Shown: one piece after another, positions 1 to 9,936 of the stretch
Numbering within the stretch: the first letter of the stretch is position 1
Layout of the letters: each line of letters begins with the position of its first letter
DNA from: Thermoplasmatota archaeon
GTDB lineage: Archaea; Thermoplasmatota; Penumbrarchaeia; Penumbrarchaeales; Penumbrarchaeaceae
Direction: 5' to 3'
DNA: 30,592 nucleotides
Assembly: GCA_029762535.1 (NCBI GenBank)
Contig: JARVGK010000039.1
Location: forward strand, 1 to 30,592
Made by a program: the position numbers and the translations under genes
The notes under the pieces: generated by a model
What the model saw: only the letters and a program-made list of their open reading frames with translations
Told to the model about the DNA's origin: nothing
The model's database searches: none

Positions 1-147
1 GCAAAGTTGGTGAAAGCTTTAAAACTTGAGAACGTGCTTACTGTCTGAAAGGGTGACATATCTCCCTAGGTTCTACATCGGTCTCCCGGAGAGGACTTCC
101 ATTAAAATTAAATAACCAATAAGCCATGTTTATATGGGGAATTTTAA

Positions 148-3100
148 ATGAGATTTAAGAGATTATTTTCGTTTTTGGCCGTTTTCTTGATGCTATTTTT
201 ATCCATCAACCAAATGGTGAACAAGTCGGTCGAAGGGTCCGAGGATGTCCCCTCAGAGGGTCGAAATGAGGTGCTGGCGCCGTTTCGCGAACTGAAAGAT
301 GTGGTCATCGGACTTCTGGAAGCCTGTGATGACCCCACCGATACCGACAACGATACCCTCCCTGACAAGGTAGAGTGGGTCATTGGGACCGATCCGGAGA
401 ACCCGGACTCGGATTTCGACGGCCTTGACGATGCCTTTGAAGCGATGAATGGCATGGACCCTCTGAGACCGGATTCGAACATGGACGGGATCGCGGATCT
501 TTTTGAAGTCAAGGGGGTACCTCTCGATATCGATGGGGACGGGATACCTAATGCATGGGACAGGGACAACGACAACGATGGGGTAAGCGACAGGATGGAC
601 CTTTCTCCCTTCCATGTCACCAAGCCCAACGCTACCTTCAATTTCTCAATATCCACATCGGGAAAACCCCTTTACCTCGAACTGCAGATAAGGCCAGAGA
701 ATCCGGACCATCTCCGACTCATAGGCCAGACCTATGACTGGCCCTACGATGATAAGGGTACCATGAGGGATCTCGACGGGTCCAAGGATGATGTGATAAG
801 CACACCTTTCCTTCAGATAAGGACCGATGCTGTCATCGAACAGGAGGATGTGAACGAATACGGGATGGTGAGGACGAACGATGGCATCATCCTGACCATC
901 TCCCCGGTCAAGGAGGACGGCATGGTCGTGGCCTTCCAGGGCAAGATCTTCATACCCCCATCTGACGGCCCCAGGGACATACACATGGAGGTTGGGATGA
1001 AATGGTTGATAACCGGACACACTGACCATCCGGGGAGATCGCTCATCTGGAACGACGGAAGGAAGCTTGTGATCGAGGAGGATGGAGAGGTTTCTATCGA
1101 GAACACGACGGATGGCGATATCCTTCTTCTGGTGGACCTTGGAAATGACAGGGTCGCATTCAAGGACATCTACGGCAGGTTCCTCAGCCTCCCAGAAGGG
1201 TCTCAACTCTTCTGCAACGATTCCATGATGGGAGATGACAGTATTTTCCGGAAAAATGTCCAAACCGATGGGACCATCACGCTTCAGAACGGGGATGGGG
1301 AATACCTGATATCAGGTGAGGATGGAAACATCATGACCATAAGGACTGACGACCCTTCGGGCCTTGGTTGGGAGTTCCAGGATAGAGGTTTCTACAACGA
1401 GCCCATGACGCTTGCGGTCTATGACGAGGACATCATCCTGACGGGCTTCACCGCTGAAGAGAATTACGGTTGCAGTGTGGGAATGGTTTACGGGAATGAC
1501 CTTGAGATGATGAACGCTGCGAACCTCATGCTCTCCTACGATTTCCTCAGGAACTCGACGAACAGCCTCCCGGGAATGACCGCCGTCCTTGCCGGGCACA
1601 ATATATCCTGCTCTATGGACATCGCTTCGTTCGAACACAGGGATGAGGCCTTCAGATACGCTCTATCGGATATGAAGGATAAGGCATTGGGTTCGCTGAA
1701 GAAAGGAGAGATGCTCCCCATCACCCTCCTTGTGGATGACCGTTTCTCATCGGTTTACATGACAGATATCCTGAACGCATCATGCAGCGTCGGATCCAAT
1801 TTCCAGATCAATATCAGAGATGAGCCAACTATCTGGTCCAGGACCATGAAGACAAGCTACTACGAGATGCCTGCGGAAGAGGCGGTGAAGGCCGAGGATG
1901 TCCTATTGAGATTCCATGATATGGACCTCTCCAATGAAGCGATGCAGACAATAATGATGTATACCGTTGCATGGTTGGCCGGGGACCACGTCATCATATC
2001 CATCGGGACCGATGTGAGGGAGTTCGCATTCCCTGAATTGGATGCTCTGGCCCAATCAGTTATAAATATCATCGAGTACGGGATAGCCGCTTTCTCAACA
2101 CTCCATGAGAGTGTTATACTTGTCAATGCGGCCATCCATCTGCACAGATTGGCCGCCCTGGGCAAGGTATCGATGTTCTCGAAGGGGTCCGCATCCCTCT
2201 TCAGCACCATACATGAATCCATGTCCTCCGTGACCCATACCAAGTTTGGTACCTGGAACCGTCTGGGCAAATGCCTGGTGGTCCTCGAGGTCGTCATCGC
2301 AGTGGCTTTCTCCGTGTACGCCCTTATAGCCATAGGCAACGCCATGGACTGGACCGCCGTCGGGACCTTTATCGCGATAGTTTACTCTGTCATGACCCTG
2401 TCCTATGCCATTGCCCTCATAGTTCTCTCGACGGTGGCCCCACCATGGGGTTTCATCGCGGCGCTCATAATCGCCCTTTCCGACCTGATAGTCGGTTGGA
2501 TCACCGGAGCCGGATGGTTCCAGAGGTTCCTGGAATGGTTCATCGGATTGTTCACCGATTTTTCCGAGCGATCCATGGTGGATTTAGACATGGGAGGATC
2601 ATCCATCCATATCGATGATAAGGAAGGGAACGGGCTCACAGCAGGGGACCGTATCACCTACAGCGCGAACTCGACCGGTATCGTCACAAAGACCAGCGAC
2701 GGGTCCTACTCCGATCTGGTTGACAGCTACATCAAGCCTCGATTCAGGGTGGCGGTGCCAGCCGAGTCCCGATCGACGAAGGAGGAATTCCTGATGGTGG
2801 TCAAAGAGACCATTACCTCCTCGAGCAAAGAGACATCCTACACTTCGGGTTTCTGGGTCGAACCCGGCGTGGGAATGGTCAATTACCCCACCATTTTCTG
2901 GTTGGAAACGGAATACAAGGTCTATTACGAGGAATGCTGGTGGCTGTTGTGGTGGCACTGCTCCAGGAAATCCAACTCCGGTTCTCAATCGGGGGATCGG
3001 ACCACGTTATATTTCGATGTAATGCCAAAAGACATCGATGAGTTCGGGAACTGGAGGGGTATCACCCCCCTTGATGCTGATGGTGACGGGATCAACAACA

Positions 3101-6100
3101 CGGATGAGATCCAAACCGATCCCTGGAAATGGGATACCGACGGGGACGGTTTATCCGACAAGCTCGAAATGGAATGGGGTTCGGACCCTCTCTTACCGGA
3201 TACGGATAAGGATGGGGTATCTGACGGCACCGAGTACTACTGGTACATGGATCCAAACAGCGATGATACGGACTCTGACGGCATGAGCGATTACCAGGAA
3301 CATGAGGGCTGGGTGGTCACATTCGATTTCTGCGGTGTGACCTTCAACTGGACGATCAATTCGGATCCCTTGTTGTATGACACCGACGGGGATGGTCTGA
3401 GCGATAGGTTGGAATACCTTTGTAAGCTAAATCCCAGGTCCGCGGACACCGACGGAGACGGAGTGAAGGACAGGCTGAGGGATTATTACGAGACCACGAT
3501 GGATCTCAAGGATGAACACGATGCGCAATACCACCCATACGATGTGATCGCATACGCGAATGGTACGTATATGGTATTGATGGCGGAATCCGAGTATGGT
3601 CTCGAGATACGGAATGCGGGCGGTGATTATATCGGGACCCTGGAGATCGATGGTCAACCCCTCAGTGGAATCACTGCCATCTCGTTCGGACCCAACGATA
3701 CTGTACTTGTGTCAGATTATAACTATGAAATACATTACCCTACCATTCATGTATTCAACGACGATTGGTCCCACAACAGGTCATACGAGTACCGGTCCAT
3801 TATGTTGATCGATAAGATATCCTACGGTGTCGGACCGATCTTTCATGTAATGGGTGCCACCGGATCTGAAGAGTCGTTCTATGCAAAGATCGACATCACG
3901 AACGGTACGATCATGGAATTCAGGATCATGCGGGAGTGGAATATCGGTGAGTTGAATATGGGACACTTCAGATGTTTTGATGTGGATGGAGAGGGCAACC
4001 GATATTTCTCATCCTCTTCAACAGTTTTGGTCCTTGACACAAACGATAACATTTCCTTTCACTTCGGGACCCATGGCACGGGTGACGGACAGTTTCAGTC
4101 CATCACCGACATAGCGCTGGACGGGAACGGGGACCTTCTGATCACGGATTATTCCCTGAAAAGGCTCCAGAAGCTCGAGCCCGACGGAAGGTTCATTGCC
4201 AGGTTCGGGACCTCAGGAGGAGGCATTGGCGAGTTTAGCTATCCCATCTCCGTGACGGAGTCCGGAAACGGTTCCATCCTTGTCTGCGATTACTACAACC
4301 ACAAGGTCGTGATCCTCTACCACAATGTCACTTTCCATGAGGTGGAAGAGACCACTGGTTTCGAGGACACGGACGGCGACGGTCTGAACGATGAGGACGA
4401 GATCTCGGGATACCTCATCCATTTGGAAACGGGTTCAAGATCGAATCCATTCCATGTGACATCCGATCCCAGATTGAAGGATACGGACGGTGACGGTCTG
4501 GACGATCGGCAGGAATGGGAGTTGGGATCGGATCCACGCTCGGTGGATACTGACATGGATGGACTTCCTGACACGATCGAATTCGGGTTGGGGGCCAATC
4601 TTTCGAACTGGGATACCGACGGGGACGGACTGGGAGATGCCATCGAGATGGCGTTTGGCAGTTCCCCGCTGCTTCGTGATACGGACGGGGACGGACTTGA
4701 TGATCTATCCGAGTTCCTTCACGGGACAGATCCGAACGATATCGATTCTGATGACGATGGCCTGACAGATGGGGAAGAGGTGAACATCTACATGTCCGAT
4801 CCGCTCAATGCCGATGCCGACGGGGATTTCATGTTCGATCACGCGGAGATCAAGGCTGGTACCCCACCTGATGATCCTGATGTGGATAAGGACGGCCTTG
4901 AGGACGGATTTGAGAAGCTCTACGGCACCGATCCCCTGGATGGCGACTCTGATGGAGACCTCGTTCCGGACGGGGCCGAAGTGCAAATGGGATTGGACCC
5001 GACCATGTGGGACACCGATGGGGACGGGCTTTCGGATGGAGAGGAGCTGGAATTGGGCTACAATCCTCTCAACCCGGATTCGGACGGCGACGGGATCATC
5101 GACTCCCTGGACAACGATTTCACCCTTGAGCTAAAGGAGCCCGTCGTGATCGTATACGATCAGGGGGAAGGGGTGGATGATTATCTGGAGAACTTAACAT
5201 CCAGCATCGATACCAAACTCATCGGACCTGATGAGTTCGAATATCACAGGGATTCAAGGTACATCGTTATAGTCGGAAGACCAAATGAGGATGAAGGGAC
5301 CGCAGGCAACATCACAAGGACCATACTGGAACCCTCCAAGGATATCCTCGACAACATGATGGTCTCGAACCTTGATAGGTTCGTGTTGAGGTACGGAGAA
5401 TGGGCCCCGAACCAGACGATCATCATGCTCTCCTCACCCTATCCGAATGACCATTACAGAACGCTCGGGATGTTGAAATCGATGAATATTATGGTCATGA
5501 AGGGTATGATATTCGCCGAATACATGAATCCCCGTTGCTGCTTTTCTCTGGACCAGTTCGAGATCATAAGGAATACAGGTGCCACTCTTAGAGGAAGATT
5601 GGACAAAAACTCGACCTTCAACGTGGAGATAAGAGAGATCAATAACAACTCCTGGGACAGGGAGGATTGGTCAGGTCTGGAGGAGATGGAGGTCCCTGTG
5701 GGTCGTTATGTGGAGTTCGAGGTCAAGGGAGGTAATGCCTCTCTGGAAGCCGCCATGATCGAGATATTCTACACCGATGAGAACATCGACAGGAACGGGG
5801 ATGGCAAAATAGGCGGTCCCGGCGACTTCGATGAAGGCCGGCTCTCCCTGTTCTTCCTGAACACCCTGACCGGCAAGTGGGAAAGGGTCCGAAATGGATC
5901 GGAATGGGTGGAGAATGTTGGAGTGAACACCACCGACTTTGAGATGTACGGCGTAGATTATTCCGGAAAGGTGTATGCCACGCTCCATCACCTGTCACGT
6001 TTTGCCATCACAGGGGCGCTCATTGAGGATGAGGAAATTCTCCCCGTTGTGGCGGATCCCGGTCCTGACAGGACCGTATATGTCGATGAGGTCTTCCTCG

Positions 6101-6717
6101 TGGATGGAAGTAATTCAACGGGTAATGGCAGGATATTCAACTTCACATGGACCGTTTCGGGAATGTCGTATATCGGCTATGGTCCGTTGACCTATATGTC
6201 CTTCTCCGAGGCAGGTGAGTACGAGCTGACACTTTCGGTCCTGGACCAGCTGGGATTGGGGGGATCCTCTTCGATCACTATAAATGTCATTGAAAGACCT
6301 CCTACCCATTTCGTGCTTGTCGTGGGACCCGTACGTGATGAGGCGGGGGATCCGATCTCCGGGGCTTCGGTCAGGATCATATCAGGTTCCATGAATTTCG
6401 AAAATATCACTGGGATCGATGGTATCGCAAGGATAACGCTTCCCCGGGACCTCCTGAACACGACTGTATTGATCAGGGTAGAAAAAGTTGGCTACCACAC
6501 GCTTGAGCTTGGCCTGAAGATCTCCCTGGATGGAATGCTCTCGGAGGATCTACCCCCGTTGGTCCGGATCGAAACCGGAAAAGAGGAACCTCCGATCCAT
6601 CTCCTTGTCTGTTGTTCTTCCCTGATATTGTCGATCCTTATTATCCTCGCCTTCATGTTCCTGGTCGTGGTGATCATCATCAGGAAGAAGGATAGATACG
6701 ACCTCTCTGAGGAATGA
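148..6717 (+). CDS. Giant secreted, C-terminally membrane-anchored surface protein (thrombospondin type-3-like Ca-binding repeats, fascin-like beta-trefoil, NHL beta-propeller, PKD and carboxypeptidase-regulatory-like domains)
   Basis: 2189-aa ORF with an N-terminal signal peptide (MRFKRLFSFLAVFLMLFL). Many DTDGDGLxDxxE...GxDP repeats in three blocks. NHL motifs (FGTHGTGDGQFQSITDIALDGNGDLLITD; FGTSGGGIGEFSYPISV). PKD-like PVVADPGPDRTV...FTW...AGEYELTLSV. GPVRDEAGDPISGASV motif. C-terminal TM helix followed by RKK. Confidence 0.9.
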   Translation: MRFKRLFSFLAVFLMLFLSINQMVNKSVEGSEDVPSEGRNEVLAPFRELKDVVIGLLEACDDPTDTDNDTLPDKVEWVIGTDPENPDSDFDGLDDAFEAMNGMDPLRPDSNMDGIADLFEVKGVPLDIDGDGIPNAWDRDNDNDGVSDRMDLSPFHVTKPNATFNFSISTSGKPLYLELQIRPENPDHLRLIGQTYDWPYDDKGTMRDLDGSKDDVISTPFLQIRTDAVIEQEDVNEYGMVRTNDGIILTISPVKEDGMVVAFQGKIFIPPSDGPRDIHMEVGMKWLITGHTDHPGRSLIWNDGRKLVIEEDGEVSIENTTDGDILLLVDLGNDRVAFKDIYGRFLSLPEGSQLFCNDSMMGDDSIFRKNVQTDGTITLQNGDGEYLISGEDGNIMTIRTDDPSGLGWEFQDRGFYNEPMTLAVYDEDIILTGFTAEENYGCSVGMVYGNDLEMMNAANLMLSYDFLRNSTNSLPGMTAVLAGHNISCSMDIASFEHRDEAFRYALSDMKDKALGSLKKGEMLPITLLVDDRFSSVYMTDILNASCSVGSNFQINIRDEPTIWSRTMKTSYYEMPAEEAVKAEDVLLRFHDMDLSNEAMQTIMMYTVAWLAGDHVIISIGTDVREFAFPELDALAQSVINIIEYGIAAFSTLHESVILVNAAIHLHRLAALGKVSMFSKGSASLFSTIHESMSSVTHTKFGTWNRLGKCLVVLEVVIAVAFSVYALIAIGNAMDWTAVGTFIAIVYSVMTLSYAIALIVLSTVAPPWGFIAALIIALSDLIVGWITGAGWFQRFLEWFIGLFTDFSERSMVDLDMGGSSIHIDDKEGNGLTAGDRITYSANSTGIVTKTSDGSYSDLVDSYIKPRFRVAVPAESRSTKEEFLMVVKETITSSSKETSYTSGFWVEPGVGMVNYPTIFWLETEYKVYYEECWWLLWWHCSRKSNSGSQSGDRTTLYFDVMPKDIDEFGNWRGITPLDADGDGINNTDEIQTDPWKWDTDGDGLSDKLEMEWGSDPLLPDTDKDGVSDGTEYYWYMDPNSDDTDSDGMSDYQEHEGWVVTFDFCGVTFNWTINSDPLLYDTDGDGLSDRLEYLCKLNPRSADTDGDGVKDRLRDYYETTMDLKDEHDAQYHPYDVIAYANGTYMVLMAESEYGLEIRNAGGDYIGTLEIDGQPLSGITAISFGPNDTVLVSDYNYEIHYPTIHVFNDDWSHNRSYEYRSIMLIDKISYGVGPIFHVMGATGSEESFYAKIDITNGTIMEFRIMREWNIGELNMGHFRCFDVDGEGNRYFSSSSTVLVLDTNDNISFHFGTHGTGDGQFQSITDIALDGNGDLLITDYSLKRLQKLEPDGRFIARFGTSGGGIGEFSYPISVTESGNGSILVCDYYNHKVVILYHNVTFHEVEETTGFEDTDGDGLNDEDEISGYLIHLETGSRSNPFHVTSDPRLKDTDGDGLDDRQEWELGSDPRSVDTDMDGLPDTIEFGLGANLSNWDTDGDGLGDAIEMAFGSSPLLRDTDGDGLDDLSEFLHGTDPNDIDSDDDGLTDGEEVNIYMSDPLNADADGDFMFDHAEIKAGTPPDDPDVDKDGLEDGFEKLYGTDPLDGDSDGDLVPDGAEVQMGLDPTMWDTDGDGLSDGEELELGYNPLNPDSDGDGIIDSLDNDFTLELKEPVVIVYDQGEGVDDYLENLTSSIDTKLIGPDEFEYHRDSRYIVIVGRPNEDEGTAGNITRTILEPSKDILDNMMVSNLDRFVLRYGEWAPNQTIIMLSSPYPNDHYRTLGMLKSMNIMVMKGMIFAEYMNPRCCFSLDQFEIIRNTGATLRGRLDKNSTFNVEIREINNNSWDREDWSGLEEMEVPVGRYVEFEVKGGNASLEAAMIEIFYTDENIDRNGDGKIGGPGDFDEGRLSLFFLNTLTGKWERVRNGSEWVENVGVNTTDFEMYGVDYSGKVYATLHHLSRFAITGALIEDEEILPVVADPGPDRTVYVDEVFLVDGSNSTGNGRIFNFTWTVSGMSYIGYGPLTYMSFSEAGEYELTLSVLDQLGLGGSSSITINVIERPPTHFVLVVGPVRDEAGDPISGASVRIISGSMNFENITGIDGIARITLPRDLLNTTVLIRVEKVGYHTLELGLKISLDGMLSEDLPPLVRIETGKEEPPIHLLVCCSSLILSILIILAFMFLVVVIIIRKKDRYDLSEE

Positions 6718-6869
6718 ATCGCTAAGGCCGGGGGATCACATAAATGGAATTCCTCTCGAATTGGGGGATCCACCCTTCCTGTGGTTAGGGTAGAGACTTA
6801 GAACAATGATCAGCCTCCATTTTGTTGGTTTATGAGGTGGTGATCCCCCATATAACGACTCCCTTTCAG

Positions 6870-7100
6870 GCTTCTCGATGGGGTGAACGGGCGGTCGATG
6901 GGCCTTATGAATATCAGATAGAGAAGGACAGCATTGGTCGTTCCAGCTGCGATTGTCGAAAGGAACATCAATACCAGATACTGTGTGAAGGTTATGTCCT
7001 AAGCGGTGGCCATCACGATGTTGGTGGGATCGCCTATGTAGAGCATCATGCTCCAGGTGTTCGCGGCGAATATTACACAGCGAATCATCATGAAGGGATA
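6870..7100 (-). pseudogene. Fragment of an ArsB/NhaD-type (ion transporter superfamily) permease with an in-frame stop
   Basis: The minus strand reads IFAANTWSMMLYIGDPTNIVMATA*DITFTQYLVLMFLSTIAAGTTNAVLLYLIFIRPI. This matches the ANxxSxxxxIGNPTN hairpin motif of ArsB/citrate-type transporters. TAG at 6999-7001; both ends missing; boundaries approximate. Confidence 0.7.
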
Positions 7101-7225
7101 CCATGTTCTTGTTCCCTTCGAAGAACAGGTTCTTACTTCGGGTCTGGATATTATCAGAATAACCGAATTTCTTTGGTTTGTAAGAAACCAAACCAACATG
7201 GATTGGAATACCATGCCAATAGCCT

Positions 7226-8065
7226 TTAGCGCAAAAAAAGCTCGTGATCGTACAACGCCGAATGGTATATACTGACCTCATCCATGGTCCCTTTAAAGGG
7301 CATATAGCCCCCCCATCCCTCGGACCTGATCCCTATCGTCAAAGGAACCGGACTGGATGTCAGGTCATGCGGCCACTCCGAATATGATATGAGCTCACCG
7401 TCCGCATATACCTTGATGGTCATCTGGTCCCAGACACCTGCGACATGATGCCATTTCCCATCCCTAAGGTCCTCCTCTCCCATAGCGCTTCTCTGACCAT
7501 TCTCGAGCGAATAGATGGTGAAGCGTAACTTTCCATCTGTGAGATAGAAAGAGAATCCGGATTCGATCGCTCCCTCGGGCATGTCCCTAACTAGATGGTG
7601 CTTATCGACTATGGCGATGTAGGTAGAGTGGGACGAGGTCTTGATCCATGCCGATATGGTAAGTTTACCGGTGATATCCATATCCCCCTCGCTGCCGATC
7701 AGGATATGGCCCCCACTGTTGAAATATGCGGCCTTGCCCGATACCCCTTCCACGTCCTGTCGGACCGGACCTACGGCAGTTCCATGGTTCGAACGGCCCG
7801 AGGAATCCCTAACCTCGCCGGATGATGAGGACCATGAAACCTCCTCGAACCGCCAGAAACCGACCGGGTCTCCATATGGAGAGCCTTCATAGCTTGAGGA
7901 GTAACCCTCATCATCGTCCGTTTCCTGAACGTATATGAAAAGAACCAGGGCGGACCCTATCACTGCGAAAACGATGAGTGCTAATGAGCAAAATGCACCA
8001 ACGATGATGACGACGGCCTTCACGTCATCGTTGAGGATCGCTGGATCACTTGTGCTTTCTTTCAT
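7226..8065 (-). CDS. Membrane-anchored LamG-like jellyroll (Laminin_G_3) domain protein
   Basis: N-terminal TM helix. Motifs VGFWRFEE, VRDSSGRSNHGT, LTISAWIK, DGKWHHVAGVWD, KVYADGEL and FKGTMDEVSIYHSAL are typical of LamG-like domains. Confidence 0.88.
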   Translation of the reverse strand: MKESTSDPAILNDDVKAVVIIVGAFCSLALIVFAVIGSALVLFIYVQETDDDEGYSSSYEGSPYGDPVGFWRFEEVSWSSSSGEVRDSSGRSNHGTAVGPVRQDVEGVSGKAAYFNSGGHILIGSEGDMDITGKLTISAWIKTSSHSTYIAIVDKHHLVRDMPEGAIESGFSFYLTDGKLRFTIYSLENGQRSAMGEEDLRDGKWHHVAGVWDQMTIKVYADGELISYSEWPHDLTSSPVPLTIGIRSEGWGGYMPFKGTMDEVSIYHSALYDHELFLR

Positions 8066-8399
8066 TCATTTGCAACCCCTGAGAAGCGTGAGATGTCCAT
8101 TGAATCCATCCATAAGAGAGGGATCCCTCCTATATCGGCCTACATTAAAACCTCGAAAGAGATATATCCCGATCCAGATTCGAATGTGACCATCATGGGA
8201 GTTGTCAGACCTCATCAAGAACAATATAAAGGGTCTATGTGATATATTTTTTTTTAACTGGCAATAGGGCTCATTTATGGGACCTGCATTTCGATCCTCC
8301 GAATGACAGGGATACAACCGAGCGATGATCTAGTTGATAAGGGAATTTATGAATAAATATCATCACCTGCATAAGAAAAGAATTACTAAGGACCAGGTG

Positions 8400-9149
8400 A
8401 TGACAGTATCGATGGATCGATCCGAAGGGAAGCATCTGATCGGGGATCCGGTGGAGATGGCGATCCCTGAAGGGGGCAAGGGGTTCCGTTTCCCCAACGC
8501 ACCCTATGGACCTAAGATGACGAGGTTCTTCGTCAACCGCTTCAGGATGATAGCTATCATGATGGGGATCTCCTTTGCAGTGGCCATGGTTATAGCTGCC
8601 CCCATAATGCTACTTACCATCTTCCTTCTGCCCGTGTTCATCGTCGGCTATCTCTTCATGATCCTATTGATCATGGGCATCTCCTTCCCTCTGGCCATAG
8701 CCCTCACCAGGGCCAAGATCAAGGACCTGGAGAGGAACGTGGTCGTTCTGGGTGGGAAGGGCATACATGTCATGTCCAAGTATGCGATCGGATCCCCTAC
8801 CGTGGTCCTTGACATACCCTATGCCAACATAGAGAGTGCGGTTATCGGAGGGAAGGACTTGTGGAGTTACCTGAAGGAGAGAAGTGCCAGGTCCTTCATG
8901 TTCCTCAACGGTGTCCCCCAGCCCCGACCCGCGGACCTGTTCACCATCTTCTCCGGCGGGGAGGATCTCATCGTCATACGGCTCATGAACCCGATCCGGA
9001 TCGATCGCCTCATACCACCATCGGGATTCCAGGTACCCAGGCAGAGGAGCTATCATGTCCGGGAACTGGTGGTCGATATCGACCCCAGGAGACAGGGTCA
9101 GTTCATGGAACTGATCATAGAGAGAATAGAGTCAGGGAGGGATCGATGA
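8400..9149 (+). CDS. Hypothetical membrane protein (2 TM plus soluble C-terminal domain); paralogue of the next gene
   Basis: ORF 8334-9149; ATG at 8400 overlaps a GGTGA RBS-like motif, so the start is uncertain. Two hydrophobic helices. C-terminal LIVIRLMNPI...VRELVVDI resembles the next ORF. Confidence 0.72.
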   Translation: MTVSMDRSEGKHLIGDPVEMAIPEGGKGFRFPNAPYGPKMTRFFVNRFRMIAIMMGISFAVAMVIAAPIMLLTIFLLPVFIVGYLFMILLIMGISFPLAIALTRAKIKDLERNVVVLGGKGIHVMSKYAIGSPTVVLDIPYANIESAVIGGKDLWSYLKERSARSFMFLNGVPQPRPADLFTIFSGGEDLIVIRLMNPIRIDRLIPPSGFQVPRQRSYHVRELVVDIDPRRQGQFMELIIERIESGRDR

Positions 9150-9826
9150 CGGAAGAGGGTCGCAGGTTCCCCATGGGCCTGTCGCTCTGGGACATGCTGA
9201 AGTTCCATTTTACCAGGGGCATGCTCCCGGCACTTGTGATAGTCTTTTTCTTGATAATGGTCCCTCTCTTTGTCATTACGGCGGGCGGGATACTTGCAGG
9301 CTCGATAGGCGCCTCGCTGCTGGTGCTCGCGGTGTTCTCATCGATCGTTCTCTTCGCGGTCCTGATGTCGATCATGTTGTTCATTCCCCTTGTTATGGTC
9401 AAGTACGCCATGATCTTCAAGGGATCGGACAATTACACGCTGATCACGAGGAACGAGGTCATCGCCTACCGACAGGGATCCCCCTTCTATCCGGTGGTGA
9501 TGAACAGGATCCAAAGGAAACTTATCGATAGGATCGAGCCAGCCGGGGAGGGGTATATCAGGGAGAGATGGATGAACACCCCCTGGTATCTGAGGATGGG
9601 TTTTATCCACAAGTACCCTCATGGAGGTCTTTACTATCCCTTGACGAACAAGGATAACCTGCTGATATTGTATCTGCGTGAGCCGGTCATGGTAACGAAC
9701 GAGGAGATGGACCTTTTAAGGGCGATGAGGAGGGGGCCGGGATTTTTAAAGACGCTGCCGGTGAAGGAAGTGGTCCTTGATGTGAAAGAAAACGATCATG
9801 GAAAGTTCATGAGATGTTTGAACTAA
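9146..9826 (+). CDS. Hypothetical membrane protein (2 TM plus soluble C-terminal domain)
   Basis: ATG at 9146 overlaps the upstream TGA (ATGA coupling) with GGAGG just upstream. MTEEGRRFPM resembles IPEGGKGFRFP of the upstream gene. C-terminal LLILYLREPV...VKEVVLDV. Confidence 0.75.
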   Translation: MTEEGRRFPMGLSLWDMLKFHFTRGMLPALVIVFFLIMVPLFVITAGGILAGSIGASLLVLAVFSSIVLFAVLMSIMLFIPLVMVKYAMIFKGSDNYTLITRNEVIAYRQGSPFYPVVMNRIQRKLIDRIEPAGEGYIRERWMNTPWYLRMGFIHKYPHGGLYYPLTNKDNLLILYLREPVMVTNEEMDLLRAMRRGPGFLKTLPVKEVVLDVKENDHGKFMRCLN

Positions 9827-9936
9827 AATTGATGGTAGGAAGGATCGATCCCGGGATCGGGACCTACGGACCGCCTCCAGGCGCTATCGCGGTCAGAAAG
9901 GCATTTAAGTACTCTTTCACCTACGGATATGATCTC

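Noticed and set aside
1-110. Possible structured RNA or intron end at the window start
   Set aside because: No convincing conserved motif or extended pairing, and upstream context is missing.
144-6773. Numerous antisense and alternate-frame ORFs within the giant gene
   Set aside because: Shadows of a repetitive, strongly codon-biased CDS, with no family motifs.
6999-7001. Pyrrolysine readthrough of the TAG
   Set aside because: The surrounding gene is a fragment lacking both ends and no pyl genes are visible, so decay is the simpler explanation.
6736-7281. 181-aa (-) and 135-aa (+) ORFs
   Set aside because: No recognisable motifs; the real signal is the transporter relic in another frame.
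8861-9145. N-terminal extension of the 321-aa ORF
   Set aside because: Overlaps the upstream gene out of frame; ATG 9146 has an RBS and ATGA coupling.
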